A stretch of 17,676 bases of DNA from a virus (taxonomy: Duplodnaviria > Heunggongvirae > Uroviricota > Caudoviricetes): the IMG/VR virus record IMGVR_UViG_3300045988_087939. One strand, 5' to 3'. A program made the position numbers and the translations under genes. This document shows, one piece after another, positions 1-7,257 of this stretch (positions are counted from its first letter, which is position 1; every line of letters begins with the position of its first letter). The notes beneath the pieces were generated by a model that saw only the letters and a program-made list of their open reading frames with translations, did not search any database and was not told the DNA's origin.

Positions 1-1
1 C

Positions 2-424
2 ATCTGCTCAGTCCTACCCATCCCGGGTAACCCCCGCCCCCCCCCGCCGTACATGTTTACCGAGGAGGTGGCGCTCGCGGCCATGCGCGCTCACGCTGCC
101 GGTGAGTCTGTGGATACCCGCCTGCTGACGGAGACCCTTGAACTGACCGCCACGGCTGACATGCCTGATGAAGTGCGCGCAAAGCTGCACAAAATCACCG
201 GTCTGTTTCTGCGTGACGGTGGTGATGCCGCCGGTGCGCTGGCACACCTGCAACGTGCGACACAGCTCGACTGTCAGGCAGGCGTCAAAAAAGAGATTGA
301 ACGACTGGAGCGGGAGCTGAAACCGAAGCCGGAGCCGCAGCCAAAAGCGGCCACCCGCGCCCCGCGTAAGACCCGGAGCGTGACACCGGCAAAACGTGGA
401 CGCCCGAAAAAGAAAGCCAGTTAA
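2..424 (+). CDS. M: Terminase small/endonuclease subunit (P2 gpM-like), C-terminal part; 5' end lies outside the window
   Basis: Frame is open from the window edge to a TAA at 422-424. Basic K/R/P-rich C-terminal tail (…KRGRPKKKAS). It sits immediately upstream of L, as M does in P2. No SD precedes the internal ATG at 53, so the gene continues upstream. Confidence 0.65.
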   Translation: MCSVLPIPGNPRPPPPYMFTEEVALAAMRAHAAGESVDTRLLTETLELTATADMPDEVRAKLHKITGLFLRDGGDAAGALAHLQRATQLDCQAGVKKEIERLERELKPKPEPQPKAATRAPRKTRSVTPAKRGRPKKKAS

Positions 425-523
425 CAACCGAATGCGCCCCGCGCCAGGGCGGCACGCCGGTCAGTGAGGGTGAATCACCTGACACTGCACCGGCGTCCAC
501 CGCCCGACTTTTCAGAGGTAGTC

Positions 524-1033
524 ATGATGACGCTGATTATTCCGCGAAAGGAGGCTCCCGTGTCCGGTGAGGGTACGGTGGTCATCCCGCAACCGGCAGG
601 CGACGAGCCGGTGATTAAAAACACGTTCTTTTTTCCCGATATCGACCCGAAGCGCGTCCGGGAACGTATGCGCCTTGAGCAGACCGTCGCCCCCGCCCGT
701 CTGCGTGAGGCCATCAAGTCAGGCATGGCTGAAACAAATGCGGAGCTGTACGAGTACCGCGAACAGAAAATTGCCGCCGGTTTTACGCGTCTGGCGGACG
801 TTCCGGCGGACGACATCGACGGTGAAAGCATCAAAGTTTTTTACTACGAGCGCGCTGTGTGTGCGATGGCGACCGCGTCGCTTTATGAGCGTTACCGCGG
901 CGTGGATGCCAGTGCCAAGGGCGACAAGAAGGCCGACAGCATTGACAGCACCATTGATGAGCTGTGGCGGGATATGCGCTGGGCGGTGGCGCGCATCCAG
1001 GACAAGCCGCGCTGCATCGTGAGTCAAATCTGA
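524..1033 (+). CDS. L: Head completion/stabilisation protein (P2 gpL-like)
   Basis: 169-aa ORF from ATG 524, preceded by AGAGG; the listed ORF starts earlier at a GTG at 464. Length and position match P2 gpL. Its stop overlaps the X start (TGATGA). Confidence 0.85.
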   Translation: MMTLIIPRKEAPVSGEGTVVIPQPAGDEPVIKNTFFFPDIDPKRVRERMRLEQTVAPARLREAIKSGMAETNAELYEYREQKIAAGFTRLADVPADDIDGESIKVFYYERAVCAMATASLYERYRGVDASAKGDKKADSIDSTIDELWRDMRWAVARIQDKPRCIVSQI

Positions 1034-1236
1034 TGAAGACCTTTGCGCTACAGGGCGACACGCTCGACGCCATTTGTGTCCGGTATTACGGGCGCACTGA
1101 GGGCGTGGTTGAGACCGTGCTCGCCGCAAATCCGGGACTGGCTGAACTGGGTGCGGTGCTGCCACACGGCACCGCCGTCGAACTGCCCGACGTTCAGACC
1201 GCGCCCGTGGCTGAAACTGTCAATCTGTGGGAGTAA
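1033..1236 (+). CDS. X: Tail protein X (P2 gpX-like)
   Basis: 67-aa ORF starting at the ATG overlapping the L stop. Size and position match P2 gpX. Confidence 0.8.
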   Translation: MKTFALQGDTLDAICVRYYGRTEGVVETVLAANPGLAELGAVLPHGTAVELPDVQTAPVAETVNLWE

Positions 1237-1239
1237 CGC

Positions 1240-1521
1240 ATGACAGCAGAAGAAAAAAGCGTCCTGTCGCTTTTCATGATTGGGGTGCTGATTGTTGTCG
1301 GCAAGGTGCTTGCCGGTGGTGAACCCATCACCCCGCGTCTGTTTATCGGGCGCATGTTGCTTGGTGGTTTTGTCTCGATGGTTGCCGGTGTTGTTCTGGT
1401 GCAGTTTCCTGACCTGTCACTGCCTGCGGTGTGCGGCATTGGCTCCATGCTGGGTATCGCCGGTTATCAGGTGATTGAGATTGCCATTCAGCGCCGCTTT
1501 AAGGGCAGGGGGAAACCGTAA
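1240..1521 (+). CDS. Y: Holin (P2 gpY-like)
   Basis: 93 aa with hydrophobic transmembrane stretches and a charged C-terminus (RRFKGRGKP). Lies directly upstream of the endolysin; its stop overlaps the K start (TAATG). Confidence 0.88.
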   Translation: MTAEEKSVLSLFMIGVLIVVGKVLAGGEPITPRLFIGRMLLGGFVSMVAGVVLVQFPDLSLPAVCGIGSMLGIAGYQVIEIAIQRRFKGRGKP

Positions 1522-2018
1522 TGCCGGTAATTAACACACATCAGAATATCGCCGCCTTTCTCGACATGCTGGCCGTGTCCGAAGGGACGGCGAATCATCC
1601 GCTGACGAAAAACCGGGGCTATGACGTGATAGTCACCGGACTGGACGGGAAGCCGGAAATTTTCACCGACTACAGTGACCACCCGTTCGCGTATGGCCGA
1701 CCGGCGAAGGTGTTTAACCGTCGCGGTGAAAAATCCACGGCCTCCGGTCGCTATCAGCAGCTTTACCTGTTCTGGCCGCATTACCGCAAACAGCTTGCCC
1801 TGCCGGATTTCAGTCCGTTGTCACAGGACAGACTCGCCATTCAGTTGATCCGCGAACGCGGTGCACTGGATGACATCCGGGAGGGACGCATTGAGCGCGC
1901 CATTTCACGCTGTCGCAATATCTGGGCGTCCCTGCCGGGTGCCGGTTACGGTCAGCGTGAGCATTCACTGGAAAAACTGGTCACCGTCTGGCGTACCGCT
2001 GGCGGCGTACCGGCTTAA
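1521..2018 (+). CDS. K: Endolysin / lysozyme (P2 gpK-like)
   Basis: 165 aa, the same length as P2 gpK, at the canonical position between holin and lysA. Confidence 0.88.
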   Translation: MPVINTHQNIAAFLDMLAVSEGTANHPLTKNRGYDVIVTGLDGKPEIFTDYSDHPFAYGRPAKVFNRRGEKSTASGRYQQLYLFWPHYRKQLALPDFSPLSQDRLAIQLIRERGALDDIREGRIERAISRCRNIWASLPGAGYGQREHSLEKLVTVWRTAGGVPA

Positions 2019-2032
2019 ACGGAGTAAACACC

Positions 2033-2458
2033 ATGAAGAAATTATCCCTTTCACTGATGCTGAACGTGTCGCTGGCGCTGATGCTGGCACTGTCCCTGAT
2101 TTACCCGCAGAGCGTGGCCGTCAGTTTTGTCGCTGCCTGGGCGATTCTGGTGACGGTTATCTGTGTGGTTGCCGGTGGTGTCGGCGTGTATGCCACTGAG
2201 TATGTGCTGGAACGCTACGGGCGGGAGCTGCCGCCGGAATCGCTGGCCGTGAAGATTGTCACGTCGCTGTTTTTGCAGCCGGTGCCGTGGCGCAGACGGG
2301 CGGCGGCTCTGGTAGTGGTGGTGGCGACGTTTATCTCGCTGGTCGCTGCCGGGTGGATTTTTACCGCGCTGATTTATCTTGTGGTGTCGCTGTTTTTCCG
2401 GCTGATACGTAAAGCCTGTCGTCAGCGTCTTGAGGGGCGGGAACTATGTCAAAGCTGA
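2033..2458 (+). CDS. lysA: Lysis regulatory membrane protein LysA-like
   Basis: 141 aa, very hydrophobic with multiple predicted transmembrane segments. Position after K, as in P2. ATG at 2033 is preceded by GGAG. Confidence 0.8.
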   Translation: MKKLSLSLMLNVSLALMLALSLIYPQSVAVSFVAAWAILVTVICVVAGGVGVYATEYVLERYGRELPPESLAVKIVTSLFLQPVPWRRRAAALVVVVATFISLVAAGWIFTALIYLVVSLFFRLIRKACRQRLEGRELCQS

Positions 2459-2871
2459 TGATTGTGCTGGTCGTGTTGCTATCGCTGGCGGTGGCCGGTC
2501 TGTTTCTGGCGAAGCATGAAAACGCCAGGCTGCGCGTCTCGCTGGACAGGGCGAACAATGTCGCCAGCGGGCAGCAGACGACCATCACCATGCTGAAAAA
2601 TCAGCTTCATGTTGCGCTCACCAGGGCAGACAAAAACGAGCTGGCGCAGGTGGCACTGCGTCAGGAACTGGAGAACGCCGCGAAGCGTGAAGCACAGCGC
2701 GAGAAAACCATCACGAGGTTACTTAATGAAAACGAAGATTTTCGCCGCTGGTACGGCGCTGACCTGCCTGATGCTGTGCGCCGGTTGCACCAGCGCCCGG
2801 CCTGCACCGACGCCAGTGATTGTCGCCAACGCCTGCCCGAAAGTGAGCCTTTGCCCGATGCCGGGCAGTGA
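2446..2871 (+). CDS. lysB: LysB-like inner-membrane spanin (Rz-like)
   Basis: 141 aa with an N-terminal transmembrane helix followed by a charged helical periplasmic region. Overlaps the lysA stop and contains the embedded lysC start. Confidence 0.82.
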   Translation: MSKLMIVLVVLLSLAVAGLFLAKHENARLRVSLDRANNVASGQQTTITMLKNQLHVALTRADKNELAQVALRQELENAAKREAQREKTITRLLNENEDFRRWYGADLPDAVRRLHQRPACTDASDCRQRLPESEPLPDAGQ

Positions 2872-3016
2872 CCCGCAGACGAACGGCGATTTAAGTGCCG
2901 ATATCCGGCAGCTTGAGAACGCGCTGGCACGCTGTGCCAGCCAGGTAAAAATGATTAAACACTGTCAGGACGAAAACGATGCTCAAACCCGACAGCCTGC
3001 GCAGGGCGCTGACTGA
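2726..3016 (+). CDS. lysC: LysC-like outer-membrane lipoprotein spanin (Rz1-like), start embedded in lysB in the +1 frame
   Basis: 96-aa product from ATG 2726: MKTKIFAAGTALTCLMLCAGC… with a lipoprotein-type signal and Cys, then a Pro-rich segment. Starts inside lysB and extends beyond it, as in P2. The listed ORF 2609-3016 has a non-ATG upstream extension that I do not use. Confidence 0.75.
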   Translation: MKTKIFAAGTALTCLMLCAGCTSARPAPTPVIVANACPKVSLCPMPGSDPQTNGDLSADIRQLENALARCASQVKMIKHCQDENDAQTRQPAQGAD

Positions 3017-3446
3017 TGCCGTCACGGTGCTGAAAACCAGCCCCGAGATGCTGCGGATATTCGTGGATAACGGGAGTATTGCCTCCACACTGGCGACGTC
3101 GCTGTCATTTGAAAAGCGTTACACGCTCAATGTCATTGTGACCGACTTTACCGGTGATTTTGACCTGCTCATCGTGCCGGTGCTGGCGTGGCTGCGGGAA
3201 AATCAGCCCGACATCATGACCACCGACGAAGGCCAGAAAAAGGGCTTCACGTTTTATGCGGACATCAACAATGACAGCAGCTTTGATATCAGTATCAGCC
3301 TGATGCTGACCGAGCGCACGCTGGTCAGTGAGGTTGACGGCGCGCTGCATGTGAAGAATATCCCGGAACCCACGCCGCCGGAGCCCGTCACCCGCCCGAT
3401 GGAGCTTTATATCAATGGCGAACTGGTGAGCAAGTGGGATGAATGA
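2979..3446 (+). CDS. R: Tail completion protein R (P2 gpR-like)
   Basis: 155 aa, the length of P2 gpR. Syntenic, overlaps the S start. Confidence 0.88.
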   Translation: MLKPDSLRRALTDAVTVLKTSPEMLRIFVDNGSIASTLATSLSFEKRYTLNVIVTDFTGDFDLLIVPVLAWLRENQPDIMTTDEGQKKGFTFYADINNDSSFDISISLMLTERTLVSEVDGALHVKNIPEPTPPEPVTRPMELYINGELVSKWDE

Positions 3447-3891
3447 GTTTAAGCGTTTTGAAGACCGGCTGACCGGACTTATTGAATCGCTGTCACCGTC
3501 AGGGCGTCGGCGACTGAGTGCCGAACTGGCGAAACGTCTGCGGCAGAGTCAGCAGCGTCGGGTGATGGCACAGAAAGCCCCGGACGGCACCCCCTACGTG
3601 CCACGCCAGCAGCAGAGCGCCAGAAAAAAGCCCGGTCGTGTTAAGCGAAAAATGTTTGCGAAACTTATCACCAGTCGTTTTTTGCATATCCGCGCCAGCC
3701 CGGAACAGGCATCAATGGAGTTTTACGGCGGGAAGTCACCGAAAATCGCCAGTGTGCATCAGTTTGGTCTGTCGGAAGAAAACCGGAAAGACGGTAAGAA
3801 AATTGATTATCCGGCGCGCCCTCTGCTCGGCTTTACCGGTGAGGATGTGCAGATGATTGAAGAGATTATCCTGGCTCACCTTGAGCGTTAG
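3439..3891 (+). CDS. S: Tail completion protein S (P2 gpS-like)
   Basis: 150 aa, the length of P2 gpS. Syntenic. Confidence 0.88.
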   Translation: MNEFKRFEDRLTGLIESLSPSGRRRLSAELAKRLRQSQQRRVMAQKAPDGTPYVPRQQQSARKKPGRVKRKMFAKLITSRFLHIRASPEQASMEFYGGKSPKIASVHQFGLSEENRKDGKKIDYPARPLLGFTGEDVQMIEEIILAHLER

Positions 3892-3910
3892 TTTTATCCA
3901 GGCAGAGGCT

Positions 3911-3947
3911 GATGCGCAATTAAACATTGAGCGGCCATGCTGGTCGC
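3911..3947. terminator. Stable hairpin between convergent genes S (+) and the cargo gene (-); possible bidirectional terminator
   Basis: Perfect 13-bp inverted repeat TAAACATTGAGCG (3911-3923) / CGCTCAATGTTTA (3935-3947) around an 11-nt spacer whose ends can add 3 more pairs. No strong U-tract on either side. Confidence 0.45.
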
Positions 3948-3962
3948 TCAATGTTTAGAGGT

Positions 3963-4748
3963 TTATGAGTGATTTTTATTTGATGCTTTGTATTCTAAAA
4001 CCTTCTTATTGGCGTAAAAGAATTTTGTATATGACAGGAATATAACCAGACCTGAAGTGAAATAGACGAGGGATAGTATTAATAATGCTTTTTTGTGACT
4101 GTTATTATCTTTAATCTCCTGGCTTAACCATTCGGAGTCCTCCTCGTTTAGCTGTAAGAGCTTATTGCAGGCGATTTCAGGAAGTGTGTCTTTTATAAAT
4201 ACGTTTTGCAGTCTCTTGCAATCGGCAAGGCTATAAGTTTTATTAAATTCAACTGCTTTATTTTTGAAGGATAAAAGAACTTTGTCACTATAAACATAGT
4301 ACATCATGTTTTTATATGGTATGCCTATGGCATCCCTTACTATAACGGATTGTTCGTTGTGTATGTAACATGCGAGGAGAATGTAAAAAATACTGGCCAG
4401 AATTACAATTATTGTTTTAATTATGTGTGGTGGTTTTGTTATGTCACCCCAGATGCGAGTAAGGAAAAAATACGATGTTTTTAGTTTTCCATCAATCAGT
4501 CCCTGCTGTATCATTCTCACATTTTCAATGCCTGATACATTGATTCCGTTAATTATTTTAAATAGTTGAATGTCGCGCCACTCGCGGTCAAGTCTTTTTA
4601 ATTTTTTGTCTGAATATCCAAAATTGAAATAATGTGCAATAAGCCTCATAAGGTTACTTTTACCAAAGCTAAAAAATGCTAATACTGCAAAGCTACAAAG
4701 GAAAAAAACGATTAGCCCCCACACATTAGTCACATTATAGCTGACCAT
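3963..4748 (-). CDS. AT-rich cargo (moron) gene: hypothetical 261-aa membrane protein with three predicted transmembrane segments, function unknown
   Basis: Reverse-strand ORF with a strong SD (AAGGAGAG) 4 nt upstream of the ATG. About 33% G+C in a sampled line against roughly 60% in flanking phage genes. Hydrophobic segments near residues 10-28, 103-123 and 220-240. Occupies the S-V junction, where P2 carries orf30. Confidence 0.8.
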   Translation of the reverse strand: MVSYNVTNVWGLIVFFLCSFAVLAFFSFGKSNLMRLIAHYFNFGYSDKKLKRLDREWRDIQLFKIINGINVSGIENVRMIQQGLIDGKLKTSYFFLTRIWGDITKPPHIIKTIIVILASIFYILLACYIHNEQSVIVRDAIGIPYKNMMYYVYSDKVLLSFKNKAVEFNKTYSLADCKRLQNVFIKDTLPEIACNKLLQLNEEDSEWLSQEIKDNNSHKKALLILSLVYFTSGLVIFLSYTKFFYANKKVLEYKASNKNHS

Positions 4749-4763
4749 TACGCTCTCCTTGGA

Positions 4764-4784
4764 TGTTGTCTGGTAGTTCTACAA
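4764..4784 (+). promoter_or_regulatory. Candidate late-promoter activator (Ogr-type) dyad upstream of V
   Basis: TGTTGTCTGGTAGTTCTACAA contains TGT-N11-ACA (4767-4783), about 50 nt upstream of a TATATAT -10-like element near 4808-4814. P2 late promoters carry a TGT-N12-ACA element near -55, so the spacing is off by one. Confidence 0.3.
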
Positions 4785-4831
4785 ATGAATCCAGATAGCA
4801 TAACTTTTATATATTGTGCAATCTCACATGC

Positions 4832-5467
4832 ATGAACACTCTCGCAAATATTCAGGAACTCGCGCGCGCACTGCGCAACATGATTCGCACCGGCATTATC
4901 GTCGAAACCGACCTTAACGCCGGTCGCTGCCGCGTGCAGACCGGCGGCATGTGCACCGACTGGCTTCAGTGGCTGACCCATCGCGCAGGACGTTCGCGCA
5001 CATGGTGGGCACCTTCCGTGGGGGAACAGGTGCTGATTCTGGCCGTGGGTGGTGAACTCGACACGGCGTTCGTTCTGCCGGGGATTTATTCCGGCGATAA
5101 CCCCTCGCCGTCTGTGTCGGCGGATGCCCTGCATATCCGTTTCCCTGACGGGGCGGTGATTGAATATGAACCCGAAACCAGTGCACTCACGGTAAGCGGA
5201 ATTAAAACGGCCAGCGTGACGGCTTCTGATTCTGTTACTGCCACGGTGCCGGTGGTCATGGTGAAAGCATCAACCCGCGTCACCCTGGACACCCCGGAGG
5301 TGGTCTGCACCAACAGGCTGATTACCGGCACGCTGGAAGTGCAGAAGGGCGGGACGATGCGCGGCAACATTGAACACACCGGCGGTGAACTCTCATCAAA
5401 CGGTAAGGTACTGCATACCCATAAACACCCCGGCGACAGCGGCGGCACAACCGGGAGTCCTTTATGA
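4832..5467 (+). CDS. V: Baseplate spike/assembly protein V (P2 gpV-like)
   Basis: 211 aa from ATG 4832, the length of P2 gpV; the listed ORF begins at an upstream TTG at 4814. Overlaps the W start (ATGA). Confidence 0.88.
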   Translation: MNTLANIQELARALRNMIRTGIIVETDLNAGRCRVQTGGMCTDWLQWLTHRAGRSRTWWAPSVGEQVLILAVGGELDTAFVLPGIYSGDNPSPSVSADALHIRFPDGAVIEYEPETSALTVSGIKTASVTASDSVTATVPVVMVKASTRVTLDTPEVVCTNRLITGTLEVQKGGTMRGNIEHTGGELSSNGKVLHTHKHPGDSGGTTGSPL

Positions 5468-5811
5468 CAGCGCGTTATCTCGGAATGAATCGCAGTGATG
5501 GCCTGACTGTCACTGACCTTGAGCATATCAGCCAGAGTATCGGCGATATCCTGCGCACACCGGTCGGCTCACGGGTGATGCGTCGTGATTACGGCTCGTT
5601 GCTGGCATCAATGATTGCCCAGCCGCAGACCCCGACGCTTGAGTTGCAGATTAAGGTCGCCTGTTACATGGCGGTGCTGAAATGGGAACCCCGCGTCACC
5701 CTGTCATCCGTCACCACTGAGCGCAGTTTTGACGGGCGAATGACGGTCACGTTAACCGGCCAGCACAACGACACCGGCCAGCCACTTTCATTAACCATCC
5801 CTGTGAGTTGA
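5464..5811 (+). CDS. W: Baseplate wedge protein W (P2 gpW-like)
   Basis: 115 aa, the length of P2 gpW. Syntenic. Confidence 0.88.
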   Translation: MTARYLGMNRSDGLTVTDLEHISQSIGDILRTPVGSRVMRRDYGSLLASMIAQPQTPTLELQIKVACYMAVLKWEPRVTLSSVTTERSFDGRMTVTLTGQHNDTGQPLSLTIPVS

Positions 5812-5815
5812 AACC

Positions 5816-6724
5816 ATGCCGATTATCGACCTGAACCAGCTACCCGCACCGGATGTGGTCGAGGAGCTGGACTTTGAAAGCATTCTCGCTGAACGCAAGG
5901 CGACACTGATTTCCCTTTACCCGGAAGATCAGCAGGAGGCGGTCGCCCGTACCCTGACACTGGAATCTGAGCCTCTCGTCAAACTGCTGGAAGAAAATGC
6001 TTATCGTGAGCTTATCTGGCGTCAGCGTGTGAATGAGGCCGCACGGGCGGTGATGCTGGCCTGTGCCGCCGGTAATGACCTTGATGTGATTGGTGCCAAT
6101 TACAACACCACGCGCCTGACTATCACCCCGGCAGATGATTCGACCATTCCGCCGACACCGGCAGTGATGGAATCTGACACAGATTATCGTCTGCGTATTC
6201 AGCAGGCTTTTGAGGGCTTAAGCGTCGCCGGGTCAGTGGGAGCCTATCAGTATCATGGTCGCAGTGCTGACGGGCGTGTCGCGGATATTTCTGTCACCAG
6301 TCCGTCTCCTGCCTGTGTCACCATCTCTGTGCTGTCACGTGAAAATAACGGCGTCGCATCCGAAGACCTGCTGGCTGTGGTGCGTAACGCCCTTAATGGC
6401 GAGGACGTCAGGCCGGTGGCCGACCGCGTGACCGTGCAGTCTGCCGCCATCGTTGAATACCAGATAAACGCCACGCTTTACCTTTACCCTGGTCCCGAAA
6501 GCGAACCCATCCGCGCTGCCGCTGTGAAAAAGCTGGAAGCGTATATCACGGCACAGCACCGGCTGGGGCGCGACATCCGTCTGTCTGCCATTTATGCCGC
6601 TTTGCATGTGGAAGGTGTGCAGCGTGTCGAACTGGCTGCACCACTGGCCGACATCGTGCTCAACAGTACGCAGGCGTCTTTCTGTACCGAATACCGCGTC
6701 GTGACCGGAGGCTCGGATGAGTGA
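5816..6724 (+). CDS. J: Baseplate assembly protein J (P2 gpJ-like)
   Basis: 302 aa, the length of P2 gpJ. Overlaps the I start by 8 nt. Confidence 0.88.
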   Translation: MPIIDLNQLPAPDVVEELDFESILAERKATLISLYPEDQQEAVARTLTLESEPLVKLLEENAYRELIWRQRVNEAARAVMLACAAGNDLDVIGANYNTTRLTITPADDSTIPPTPAVMESDTDYRLRIQQAFEGLSVAGSVGAYQYHGRSADGRVADISVTSPSPACVTISVLSRENNGVASEDLLAVVRNALNGEDVRPVADRVTVQSAAIVEYQINATLYLYPGPESEPIRAAAVKKLEAYITAQHRLGRDIRLSAIYAALHVEGVQRVELAAPLADIVLNSTQASFCTEYRVVTGGSDE

Positions 6725-7247
6725 TTCGCGACTGCTGCCGACCGGCTCATCACCGCTTGAGGTCGCCGCCGCAAAAGCCTGTGCGGAAATTGAAAAAACG
6801 CCGGTCAGTATTCGTGAGCTGTGGAACCCGGACACCTGTCCGGCAAATCTGCTGCCGTGGCTGGCGTGGGCGTTTTCGGTCGACAGGTGGGATGAAAAGT
6901 GGCCGGAAGCGACAAAACGCGCCGTTATCCGCGATGCGTATTTCATCCACTGTCATAAAGGCACAATAGGTGCAATCCGGCGTGTGGTGGAGCCGCTCGG
7001 CTATCTCATCAACGTGACGGAGTGGTGGGAAAACAGTGACCCGCCCGGCACCTTCCGGCTTGATATTGGTGTACTGGAAAGCGGCATCACAGAGGCAATG
7101 TATCAGGAAATGGAACGGCTGATTGCTGATGCCAAACCTGCAAGCCGCCACCTTATTGGCCTGAACATTACCCGGGACATTCCCGGCTACCTGTTCGCCG
7201 GTGGTGTGGCTTACGACGGCGATGTAATTACGGTTTACCCCGGATAA
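6717..7247 (+). CDS. I: Baseplate protein I (P2 gpI-like)
   Basis: 176 aa, the length of P2 gpI. Syntenic. Confidence 0.88.
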   Translation: MSDSRLLPTGSSPLEVAAAKACAEIEKTPVSIRELWNPDTCPANLLPWLAWAFSVDRWDEKWPEATKRAVIRDAYFIHCHKGTIGAIRRVVEPLGYLINVTEWWENSDPPGTFRLDIGVLESGITEAMYQEMERLIADAKPASRHLIGLNITRDIPGYLFAGGVAYDGDVITVYPG

Positions 7248-7257
7248 GTGAGGAATA

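Noticed and set aside
464-523. Upstream GTG extension of L, and likewise the TTG at 4814 for V
   Set aside because: Downstream ATGs at 524 and 4832 give the P2-like protein lengths (169 and 211 aa) and better start contexts.
719-1165. 148-aa reverse-strand ORF over L and X, and the similar antisense ORFs 6335-6946 and 14009-14542
   Set aside because: All lie opposite syntenic P2-type genes and have Arg/Pro-rich artefactual compositions.
2609-2725. N-terminal extension of the lysC ORF as listed (2609-3016)
   Set aside because: The extension starts at a non-ATG codon and encodes a highly basic non-signal sequence. The ATG at 2726 gives a 96-aa lipoprotein-like product of the expected size.
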